64,000 bases of DNA from Vicugna vicugna (lineage: Eukaryota). The DNA is taken from NCBI GenBank assembly GCA_013265495.1, contig MU057711.1:1984001-2048000 (forward strand), written 5' to 3'. The notes under the pieces are model-generated. The model was not told the DNA's origin. It saw only the letters and a program-made list of their open reading frames with translations, and made no database searches. Within the stretch, counting starts at the first letter, position 1; each line of letters starts with the position of its first letter. The position numbers were made by a program, and so were the translations under genes. Below, piece after piece: positions 12,181 to 23,520 of this stretch.

Positions 12181-14319
12181 ATGCTCCCTTTGGAAAGAGA
12201 TTCTTGGCTCAGATGATAGGTGATTTGTTATCTTTCATTCATTTTAATATCTTTTCACGGCACTCTGCATCGTGTCCAAGAAAAAAAAAAAAGCTGTAAC
12301 TTGATAGGGAGAAAAAAAGAGGAAGAGGGAAAAGAAAGGCTTGGGAAGAGGGTTAATATTTTATTTGATGGGAAAATTTCACACACACGTACAAGCACAC
12401 GGGTACACACGCACACAAGTACACACACACCCCTCCCCAACAGCCCGAATCTGCTATTTGGGATTTTGTGATCACCAAAAATGTAAAATCCCAAAAGATT
12501 TTAAATGATATTTTAAAGTCCCACTTTTCTCCTCTAGGGCTTAGAGCATCAGTTTCAAACTGGGCAAAAGGCCCCAGACACAAACTCTTTCCTGTCATGC
12601 TTCTAAGCTACCCAGGAAGCCTCTGAGCCCACAGCGAGGCACGGTAGCCCCTGGCCCAACACTAGACAGGCTCCCTCTCGTGTTTCCTTAGAGTCCTCAC
12701 AGCAGTCCTGGGAGATTAGAGAACCCCTTTCCCAGATGAAGACACTGAGCCTCATGGAGGCTGAGGACACACCCACTGTCACTCTGCTGATGGGTGGCAG
12801 AGCCGGGTTCCCACCCTGGATTAGCCCCGCTTCCAAAGCACTGCTAACCTGCTTCCAACTGACTCCAGTCCTACTGGAGAAGAGGAGGAGGGAGGCCACT
12901 GGAGATCCTGGGCCAGGAAAGCACCTGTAGAGATGTTCACCCAGCACTCATGTGACAGGAGAGCATCACTTAAGTCCTCAGCCCTGCTCAGATCTCAGGG
13001 AGGCTGGAGCACTGGGCTGGGAGACCTGGGCTCCAGGAGAAACCTGGCAGACTCACTTCCTCCCTCTCCGAGGCTTTCAGGTCGTCAGATCTTACGTTTT
13101 CCAGCAGAACAGGCGCTTTTCTGAGTCTTGCACAGAAGGAAACCTGACCCCTTGCTGTCTCTCCTGGGACCCCACCTCTCCTGCAAACACTGAGATGCCT
13201 AGAAAGGGACCGTGTTCTAGGGTGCCCCGTAGCAGAGGCCCTGACCCCCCGACAGGCCGGCATCCTCGCCCTCCAGCAGCTGCCCTCCTCCTCGATGGGA
13301 AAGAAACTCATGGGTGGGTTTTTAAGGCTCGAAATAAAGTTTAAATATTACGTGGAAATTACTAAACAAATCAAATCACTGTTAAGTGGATGTCATGGGC
13401 TTCCTCTAGACAATACGTTTAATGAAGATTATTGTCCTCCTGGTTATAGTTTTAGATTTGCATTTTATTATCAGAGAACCACTTATGCATTACTCCAGGA
13501 TTTTCATTAGGTAAATAAATTTTTATGTGGATTTCATTATATTCCCTTGGCTGAAATCCTGATCACTTAACAGCAAGAATGCTGCTCCAACATCCTGTGT
13601 GTCAATCAGGATGTAACTGTTTCCTCTGGTTGTTGAAAGTACTTTTTAAAAAATCTGGTGTTGATGGCAAAAGGAAAAGGGACAGGGTCAGAGCTCAGGG
13701 TACGGTCTGTGTCCAAGTTCTTTCACTGAAACATACACATACAACTAAAAAGGCATTTTCCATTTAAAGAGATACGTGTATGTATCAGGATACACTTATG
13801 ATATATATGAACTTCATATTAATGTTTTATATTATCATATATAATTTTTTCCTGGTGCCTTCTCTACCCTGCTTTGGCCACTCCAATGTGAACAGGGGCT
13901 ATAGCACTGGGACTAACAGGACTGAGGTGTACGCCAGTCCTGGAGAAATAGAGTTGAAAGAAACAAGCTTGGGAAAGGGCAGGAAGGAAGACGGTGGGGG
14001 TAGACATTCCTGGAACCGCAGCCATCAGCAGGAAAAAAATCTTTTCTAAGAAGTCTAATATGAAGCAATTAAGCTAATTGGAATCTAGATTGTACCGGGT
14101 GCCTCCGGAAACTTGAGACCAGGGGAATCTCCTTGCTGGAAAAAAAAAAATCACACCACGATATGAATGAGTGAGGGAGTGAATGAATGAAGCAGCTAAA
14201 AACTGACCCTAACATCCAGGTCTGATCCACTCGGCCCTTGAGACACAGGTGCTTCCATGTGTCCCTTTTCTAAGGCCCGACAGAGTTTCAGAAGAATTTT
14301 CTAAAGATAAAGATGCTGA

Positions 14320-14509
14320 ATGGTATATATAAAATGGATAAACAAGTTTATACTGTACTGCACAGGGAGCTATATTCAATATCTTGTAGTAGCTTACAGT
14401 GAAAAAGAATATGAAAACAAATATATGTATGTTCATGTATGACTGAAGCATTATGCTGTACACCAGAAATTGACACAACATTGTAAACTGACTAGACTTC
14501 AATTAAAAA
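14320..14509 (+). mobile_element. L1 3' UTR tail fragment
   Basis: cacagggagctatattcaatatcttg...ttgtaaactgactagacttcaattaaaaa, same family as the 34.4-34.64 kb tail. Confidence 0.85.
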
Positions 14510-14556
14510 NNNNNNNNNNNNNNNNNNNNNNNNNNNNNNNNNNNNNNNNNNNNNNN
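14510..14556. other. Assembly gap (47 N)
   Basis: Run of N. Confidence 1.
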
Positions 14557-14985
14557 GCCAGTCATAAGAATGAAATAATGCCATTTGCAGCAACATGGAT
14601 GGAACTAGAGATTATCATACTAAGTGAAATAAGTCAGACAGAGAAAGACAAATATATATATCACTTATATGTGGAATCTAAAAACGCGATACAAGTGAAC
14701 TTATTTAGAAAACAGAAACAGACTCACAGACAGAAAACAAACTTATGGTCACCAAAGGGGAAAGGGAGAGAGGGATAAATTAGGAGTTTGGGATTAGCAG
14801 ATACAAACTACTATATATAAAATAAACAACAAGGTTCTACAGTATAGCAAGGGAACTATATTCAATATCTTGTAATAGCCTATAATGAAAAAGAATATAT
14901 ATGAATCACTTTTCTGTACACCAGAAGCTAACACAAATTGTAAATCAACTATACTTCAATTTTAAAAAAATTTAATGAATAAATA
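14557..14985 (+). mobile_element. L1 3' end (ORF2 end plus 3' UTR)
   Basis: [30 protein letters not shown] peptide; tail ends in tatacttcaattttaaaaaaa. Confidence 0.9.
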
Positions 14986-15259
14986 AAGGGCTGTCACATG
15001 CCAGGGGCTGAGCTGAATTGATGTGCATGATGGCATCCACCTCTGATCCATCCAGCCCAGAGGACCAAGAGAGAACCTTCCAGGATGCCTTTCCTGACAG
15101 CACAGCAGAGAAGCAAGCATCTCAAAGCGGCCCACGTGGAGAACAGCAGCAGGGGTGTGTGGTAAGCCTGAGGGAGAAAGGACGAGTCAGGCTCCTTGTC
15201 GTGAGGGTGCCCCAAATACCTTCACATGGGTTTTCATCACGATGGCCTTGTGGCACCTT

Positions 15260-15416
15260 TTTTTTTTTTTCAATTTCTTATTGAAGTGTAGTTGATTTAC
15301 AATGTTAGTTTCAGGTGTACAGCCAAGAGATTCAGTTATACATATACATACATACATATTTTTTCTCTTCAGATTCTTTTCCATTATGTTATTACAAGAA
15401 ATCGAATATAGTTCCC
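15260..15416 (-). mobile_element. Short L1 3' tail
   Basis: PolyT then ttattgaagtgtagttgatttacaat...atagttccctgtg. Candidate TSD tgtggca(c/t)ctt at 15249-15259 and 15417-15427. Confidence 0.85.
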
Positions 15417-15619
15417 TGTGGCATCTTAAACCTTAACTCCTCCCCAGAATCAGGATTCAAATGCTCAAGTGCCATTATCAGCTCTGCCTCTGATCATCTG
15501 CACGATCTGGGGAAAGCCAATGACTTCCCTGACTCTCAGTTCAGTTCCTCCTCTCAGTGATCATAATGTCATCAACTCCATAGAGGTATTTTGAGATTAA
15601 AAGAAAACTGACACAGACT

Positions 15620-16587
15620 GAAAGAAAATATTTGCAACTCATATGTCCAGAATAGATGGAGAACTCCGAAAACTCAGCAGCAACAACAAAAAGAACAAGC
15701 TGATTTAAAAAGCGGTAAAAGACTTCAATAGACATTTCTTCAAGAAGACATACAAATGGGCAACAGGTACATAAGAAGATGCTCCACATTACTAATCATT
15801 AGGGAAATGCAAATCAAAACTACAACAAGATACCCCCTCCCACATTAGGATGGCTACTATCAAAAAAAAGAAAAAAAAACCAACCCAGGAAATAACAAGT
15901 ATTGGCTAAGGAAGGAGAAACCGGAACCCTTGTGCATTGTTGGTGGGAATATAAAATGGTGCAGCCACTATAGAAAAATAGTAGGACCATCCCTCAAAAG
16001 GTAAAATGTAGAATTACCATGTGATCCAGAAATTCCACTTCTGGGTATATATTCAAAAGAACCGAAAGCACAGTCCCAAAAAGATATTCATATACTCATG
16101 TTCACAGCAGCATTAATCACAATAGCCAAGAGATGGAAACAACCCCGTGTGTCTCGACAGATGAATGAATAAACAAAATACGGTATAACTATACAATGGA
16201 ATGTTATTCGGCCTTTAAAAGGAAAGCAATTCTGCAATATGTCCCAACGTGGATGAACCTTGAGGACATTATGCTAACGACAAATACTGTATGATCCCAC
16301 TTTTATATGAGGTACCTAGAGTAATCAAATCCATAGAGACAGAAAGAATGGTAGTCGCCAGGGGCTGGGAGGAGGAGGGCAATGGGTAGTTACTGTTTAA
16401 TCGGTATCGAGTTTCAGTTTTACAAGATGAAAAGAGTTACAGAGGTGGATGGTGGTGATGGCTGCACAACAATGTGAATGTGCTTAATACCTTGAACCGT
16501 ACACTCGAAAATGGTTAAGATAGTAAGTAAGTTTTATGTTATATGTTTTTTACCACAACAAAAAAATTAGAAAAAAAAGAAAGAGCG
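15620..16587 (+). mobile_element. Older L1 (L1MB-like) 3' fragment inserted in a MIR
   Basis: Decayed ORF2 end and a 3' UTR with ggtggtgatggctgcacaacaatgtgaatgtgcttaat. MIR halves at about 15450-15600 and 16600-16655. Candidate TSD aactga(a)cacagact at 15606-15619 and 16588-16602. Confidence 0.85.
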
Positions 16588-17124
16588 AACTGAACACAGA
16601 CTACTTATATCTAATGCCTGGAATGTACTAAGGACTCAATAAAAGTTCGCTGTTACCACTGAATGTTGCCTACACAAAACCACCAGCCCCCCAGAGGTTC
16701 CCTTTTCAACAGTTTTTCAGTTGTTGAAAACCATCTAAAACTTCCTGGACTCCAATTTCAAGTTTTTTAAGGGCACCACAAAACCTCCTTCATCTTCAAT
16801 CCCAAAATTAGTCACCTACGATATTCAAGCAGGGGCCTGACCAAGCATTTCTTAATGCCCTTTGCAAAGGTCGGTAGAGAGAAAGCTAAGGGAGGTAAAA
16901 TGAGGAGTGTTCCCCAAATGAAAGGGCACTGCTCTGTAGGGGGGCATTTGGGGAATTTTTATTTTCTTCTCTATATTTTTGTGTGTTATTCACGTTGTCT
17001 GCAATTAAAGTGAGCATTGTAAAATGTTAAAGTTTTTTTCATTCTGTGAAACAAAGGAAATAAAAAAAGTAACTGCCAAGCAGCTCAGAAGCATTTTCTT
17101 GCATTCAATAAAAGACTTAATTAG

Positions 17125-17602
17125 ATTTCCCTGCCCTACAATCCACTATCTGACCTCATCACCCATGTCTCCCCATCAGCCCCAAGCACGCAGGCCTTCT
17201 TACTTACTCTTCCTCAGCGCTCTTCTGTGCAGGGCCTTTGCACATGCTGTTCCCACTGCCTGGAGAATCACATCACCTCTTTCACGTCTTCACTCACAGT
17301 CACCTCCTCAAGGAGACTTTCCCTGACCCATCTAAAACCACACTTGCCCAGCCCAGCTCCCAGCCCTCACCGCCTTCATTGTCTTTCTGAGCCCTGATCA
17401 CTGACACACCACACACTGTGTGCTCACTTAACATGTCCACTGTCTCCCCACCACCAATGACAACCAGACACAGTCTCCAGGCAGGCAGGGATGTTGACAT
17501 TTTATTCACTGCCATACCCAGATCCTTACCCTGGCACTGCCAGGTGCTCATCAATATTTAATTGGAGGAATAAATGAATGAATGAATGAATGAAATGAAT
17601 GA
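17125..17602 (+). mobile_element. L2 3' end with (GAAT)n tail
   Basis: cagggcctttgcacatgctgttcccactgcctgg...ttttattcactgc...ggtgctcatcaatattt...tgaatgaatgaatg. Confidence 0.8.
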
Positions 17603-19929
17603 AGGTTGACTTTAAATCATCCTTACCCACTAACTAAAGCAGCCCCAAGACTCTCTTCTGTCCACACTTTCTTAGTAACCCTAGTACAAACTGCTGAAAG
17701 AGCAGGACTCTTCTCTGATTCAGGCTTTTCACTAATTCAGAGTGGCCTCCTGCCCATGGACATTAACAAGAGCACCAAGAGATGGCCCGTCTCCAGGCTC
17801 CTGACCCCACATTCCAAGTCTGGAGCATTTTTCTTGAAGAGCATTTATCACTCAATCAAGCCACCCACCCTGCCAACACTCTGGTGAATACCACTTACGA
17901 GAGCCATCACTACTTAAAATCTCACTTGTCCTCAAATATCTCCTGTTTATCTTGGGAACCGTCTACATGAATAGTCCGTTTGTTGGAAGAACATACTATT
18001 TTCCTTGGCTTTTAGGCAACAGTCTGGCAAATGAGCTTTCCCTGTGTAACTTTCTGATGGCTTTATGCGAGCAGTTAATTAGAAGTATACAGACATGTTT
18101 ATAGAAGTTTAAATGAAGCATAGTTCGAGTTTGTGAAAATATATACAATTACTCACACCGATACTTCCCACTGAAAAAGAAAAGGCAACATAAGCAAGGT
18201 CTCTAAAAGGAACAGCAGGCGCCAGGAAAGCCTCCGCCTGCTTCAATGGCTCCTCTTTGGGGGCCTTGGGGAGCCTAAGCCCTGGTGGGGAACCGGCAGC
18301 CCCAACACCTAACACTTTGCTCATTAGGCTCAAACTGCAGCCAGCGCATTTCTCAAAAGGGTCCCAGGGTGGGCGCCGGGCCCCAGTCGAGGCCGTGTGG
18401 ACCCGGGTACACATGATGGGTCCCACCCACACGCAGGAGCAAGGCCATAATTTGTCCTACAACCAGCTCTGGAGAAGCGGTCTGGAGAACGAGGAAGGTT
18501 CTTTCTCTAGCCTGAGAGAGAGGCCTCAGGGACCCAAATGAGGGAGAGCTTTGAGGCAGACTTTGCCTAGTCTGGTTCTGCCAAGCCCACCATCCCCCCT
18601 GTGACCAAGGTCACCTCAACCCTGCCCTTTGCTCTCCCCCTGCCCGTTCCCATGGTGACAACGTGTCCACATCATGTGGGCGTGTCCCAGATTCCACTTC
18701 ATCTGACTCCTGTCAACGGCCAACCTGACGATTCAGGTCCAAGAATTCCTCAAAATTATTCAGACAAGGATGTCTTTAAATTTAAAAGAACTACAACCAA
18801 CTCTTTCTACCTCTGTGTTGTGTAAAATGACCAGCTGGCTCCCAGGCCAGCCTTAGGATTTCGTATCAGCAAGACTGCTAACTGAATAGCTTTCCCAGGA
18901 ACGGGATGGGCTCGACACCCCCAGAGAGGAGCCAACCCCACTGACTCTGAGCAGAGGGAGTTCCCAGCCACGAAAAAGAACCATCCTTGGGGCAGAGCGA
19001 CCGGACACACGTGGGCAAGATCCAGCTGTCCAGACGTGCATCCATGTTGCCTGCTGGCTTCAACCACTGGTCCAACCAGTCACACAGGCTGACCCAGGGC
19101 TCCCTCCTCGGCCCGCCCCTCACAGGCTCTCTACTGTGCCCCCCTCCAGAAGCATATGTTCCCACAGAACCAGCCCTTGGAGAAGCCCCTGCCAGCAATC
19201 AGGTCACTATGAAGAGAAAAGTCCAGAGACTCATGGAGACAAGTTGTCTCTCTTCTTCCTCAAAGAGCCAAGAACACAGGGACTAAGGGCTCCAGGGGAG
19301 AGGGAGACAGGGCAGATGTGGCACAGGAAAGAGACAAGGAATTCAGGAAGGGCCTGGTAAGTAGCAGGCCCTCCGTTTGGTACATGTTTACTACAAGCCT
19401 GCTCAGATGCCAGGCACTTGTTGCATCCCTCCTCCTCCCCTCTGGCCCTTCTGAAGCCAAGGAACACAGGAGGGGACGAGTCAAACTCCATCCCTGTCCA
19501 GACAGAGCTTAGACTCCAGAGCAGAAGGAAAACTGTAACCAGGTAAACACGTAAATAAATTCCTACTGAGAATAATTAACATGACATTTAAAGCAAAAAA
19601 TAGAGACTAACAGCAGTGGGCCCACTTTGGGGGACAGGTAATCAGGACAAGGAACGCTGAATTTAGTCCATAAGGATGAAAAGGAGCAAGGCAGGCAAAA
19701 AGGGGAGGAGAGTGATTCCATTAGCAGGAAAGACGGGCAAGGGAACAGTGCAGTCCTAGAACAGGAGGTGAGAAAAGAGGGACTGGAAAGATTAAGACAT
19801 GGGGGAGGGCCATAATGAGACGAGGGAGGTGTTCCAGAACCTTGTATGGAAAGAGACAGGTACTGGCAGAGACTGCCTCCTCCTAGAGCCTGACTGTCCC
19901 CAGATAGCACTGGGTACCTCCCCAGCATC

Positions 19930-20436
19930 CATTCCTTTCTTGCTGACCCAACTTGAATATGTTGATATCCCCAGAAGCCACTAAGTCCAAGGAAAGCTAG
20001 AGCCCCAGGAGTGATGGTCCACACCCTGGCCTGTGTTGGTCTAGGATGTGCAGGGAAGGCCATTCTCACCAATGAGACACCAGGAAGGAACCGCAGGGCC
20101 ATCTAGGAAAGGCATCCTTCCTCTAAAGTAGGCCTGTGTAAGGGAGCGTCTCTCTCTTGGTTTTCAGACATTGATGTGTGGAGGTGTGATGTCTGGTACC
20201 ATAGCAGCCATTTCTTCACCATGAGGAGACAAATCTGAGGGCAAGAGCCAATGTGGTGAGCAGGACAGAGCATAAAGATGAAAGGCACCTGAGTTGCTGC
20301 TGATAGATTTGACTGTTTTACCAAGTACTCTGAAGTCACCACACTCCCTCCAGACTTCTCGCCCTGTGAGATATTACATCCCCTTATGCTTGAGCTGTTT
20401 TGAACTTGGATTTTATGTGCTGCATCCCAACTGATA
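19930..20436 (+). mobile_element. MaLR solo LTR (MLT1J/K/L-like)
   Basis: gtgatgtctgg...gcagccatttcttcaccatgagg...ctccagacttctcg...gagctgttttgaacttggatttt...catcccaactgata. Confidence 0.7.
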
Positions 20437-20889
20437 GGATCCTTTGTCAGCGAGCCAGTTCTATCAAAGTTGAATGTCTGGTCTAGCTGCTTGCTCTTCT
20501 CTTTCCAGTAGACCCTTAAGGTTTCTCTGTGCCCCTCCCTGCGAAGAGGAGCCCCAACCAGGCAGAGATGAAATCCTATCTTCAGGGGAAATGCACAACC
20601 TCAGGATCTTGGGGGAGAAATTCTATCCAGACCAGTGAAATGGTCAAAAAATAGACCATAAAGATCAAGGGAGGGAGAAAAGGGGAGAAAGCATTATGTT
20701 TAATGACACTATTCAGTAATAGTTAAAAAAAAAAAAAAAAACCCTCACCATGCCTGAGTCCATGTTCCTGTTTAATAAGTAGAGGTTGGAGGTCACAGTG
20801 AAATCTTCCTAGGCTCATTTTATCCCTGTAATACTCCTAGGAGGTAGGGACATTTTCCCTATTTTATAGTTTGAGAAAATATAAAATAG

Positions 20890-21060
20890 AGTCACAGTTA
20901 GGAGGGCGGGCTCTGTAGCCCAGAGGCCTGGGTTCAAATCTCTACTCCTCCATTCACCAGCTATGTGACCTGGGGCCTCAAAGCCTCAGTTTCCTCGTCT
21001 ATACAATGGGAATAATGTAACTACCACTTAGAGCTGCTGTGAGGATAACACAAGACACTC
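20890..21060 (+). mobile_element. MIR SINE
   Basis: cctgggttcaaatc...agctatgtgacctggggc...gcctcagtttcctcgtctatacaatgggaataat...gtgaggat. Confidence 0.8.
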
Positions 21061-21979
21061 TATAGGAAACAGGGCCTTGAGTGTTGTTTCCAACCAGGGC
21101 TGTACGCGATGAAGGCCTGGAGGCACAATGGGATCGATGGGAGCTGCCTTCCTAAGTGGTGCTCAAGAGCCTCAGGCTGGGGACAGAGCTCTGCAGAGTG
21201 AAGAAGCTGCTGGCCCCGATGTTTCACCCAGTTGCTTTGTTACTTCTGACTTCTCCTCCTACAAAGAGAAAAGTCACCAAATACCTGAGGGCTCTGCTGC
21301 CCAGGCCAGCTCATCTAGAAGTGTGGGGCAGGCACCAATCCGTAAGTCTAAATCCAACTCCAGCCCAGACCCTTTGTCAAACCATTTCCAAATGCACAGG
21401 TATTATTCTGGGACCACCCAACACGAGTAGGTTCAAAATGTATTAGAATCAGCTAAAAAGTCATTTGGGCCAAGCCTGCTGACCAAGCTGGGCGATGCTG
21501 CCTGAATCTAAAAAACAGTGTGAGATCATGAAACACCTGCCTGTCTTCTGGGGGCAGTAGGCTCTAAAGGGAGCCGCTGAGGAGGAGGCCAGGAACATTC
21601 TGAGCAAAAGCAAGCCCCTGGGAATAAGAGTGTGACCTCCCAAAGTGGCTCCTTTTCCAGATCTCTGCCCCTGGCCAATATGGACATCAGGAGGCCTGGA
21701 ACCCAAAGCCCCTGGAGCGAAGCCAAGGGGCTCAGGGGTAGCTCCTCAAATAGGCAGAGTCTGAGCAGACATCTCACAACAGATCAGAGCAGGGCACCCA
21801 GAGGGCGTCCCAGTGAATCACTGAGCCTCAAGCTTGCAGGACACTGAGTGAACAGACCCACAGCAATCAGGATCCCAAATCCCTTGGGGGCCGCAGGCAG
21901 AGCACCTGCAGGAGCAGCCTCCACCCCCGCCCCCCTCCCACCGCCAGGACTGCTGCCAGGCAGGACCGTGGGCCTAGGG

Positions 21980-22148
21980 GAACCAGATCTGCCCATTTGT
22001 TAGCAAGAGAAGCAAGAAATCTGAATGAATGTTTCTGTGAAATATCCACATTTTAAAATGTGGGCTTGTTTCTTTCAAACACAGCACAACCCAATCAAAA
22101 CATATCTGTGGGCAACACTGAGCCTCAGGCCACCAGTTTGCAACCTTA
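21980..22148 (-). mobile_element. MER102-like fragment
   Basis: ccagatct...agagaagcaagaaatctg...aaaacatatctgtggg...ggccaccagtttgcaacc. Confidence 0.65.
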
Positions 22149-23309
22149 ATCAGAAAGACTGGAAGAGCAACCTACAGGAGTCTGGAGATTTCCTTCTGCT
22201 CACCTCTACCAGACCCCCTCCCGTGCCCCTGATCGGAATGGGGGTCACAAGCTCCACGCACAGGCAATATCCACGGTCCAGGAAACACCTCTCTACCACA
22301 AAAACTCTCTGTGCTTGGCTCTTCCTAGAGCCTGAGTTTCCTCCCCAAAAGGGATGGATGGATTTCCATGCGGGAAGAAAGGCGTGCGCATGCACCCAGC
22401 TCCAGACCCCAGTATTTATACAGTTTCATAAACTAGCAGTGATTATTTTGTTTCATAAGAACAATCACTATGCAAATGAAACTTCCAGCTAATACAAACA
22501 GGGCTGTTAAATTCACTTGCCAATGTTTATGAAAAGAAACTCGGCACGGCCCTGACCAAGCACGCTAAGAAAATGTTTAATCACAAGATGCGTTTAAGCG
22601 AGGAAATTAGGCAAATAAGAAAAGATATCCTGACTTTGCTCCCAGAGCCCCACCACCACCACCCACCCCCTCCTCTATTCAGCAAGACAATGATGATGAA
22701 ATGAAAAGGTTCCCAGAGGACGGACAGATGTCAAGACTCAAGGAGGAAAAGACAGAAAATGCAGAGATTAGAGAAGCATGGTTCCCAGACCTGAACAGCA
22801 CCCTCAGGGTCCGACACCCCATTTTTCACATTTGTTTTTTGGTGGGGTTGTGGGAAGCAAGGAGGGGCAGCGTGTGCGGGGGGGTTCCGCAGGGCTGGGC
22901 TGGTGCTCATGCAGGGAGGCCATGCGGAAATTCCCGCTGGCTCATGGCTTCTGCATTGGCAGTGCTGGAAGCCAGGATACATCCTGTGCTCAGAGTGATC
23001 ACACATGGGGCCGGGCCCCTGGACCACAGAATTAGGACTGAGGATGGAGCCAGTTCCCAGCTGTGGGGGCTTCCTGGGGCCTTGGCTTCCCACAGCCTAT
23101 TGCAGGACAGGGGGCAGGCTTGGGAACCCAGGCAACTCCCAAGCAGGGCAGAGCAGGACAGAGTGACAGGAGTCTCAGGCAGGACCCCTGGAGGAGGATC
23201 TCAAGTCCTTAGACAGCCATGCAGTAGTCCAGGAACGGTTAACAGCCCCAGCATCAGGATGAATTATAGAATATTAGGGCAATGAAAATTCATCTCATCA
23301 AGTTTGCCT

Positions 23310-23520
23310 GGACTCAAACCCCTGTGGTTCCACCACATACAATCTGTGTGACCTCAAGCAAGTTACTTTCCCTTTCTATGCCACAGTTGCCTTATCCTTA
23401 AAATAGGGGTTGGGAAAGCATGCCTCACAAAATCATTGTGACAATACAATGAAGATCATAAATGTAAAATGCTTAGCTGAGTCCTCAGAATATAGTAGAT
23501 GCTCAGTAAAGTTTAACTAT
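23310..23520 (+). mobile_element. MIR SINE
   Basis: ctgtgtgacctcaagcaagttact...aatgtaaaatgcttagc...tagtagatgctcagtaaa. Confidence 0.75.

Noticed and set aside
13482..13490. Minus-strand ATGCATAAG resembling the start of the human short-isoform N-terminus (MHKKR, from memory)
   Set aside because: It continues TGGTTC (MHKWF...) with no matching codons or strong donor. I could not locate an orthologue of that alternative exon.
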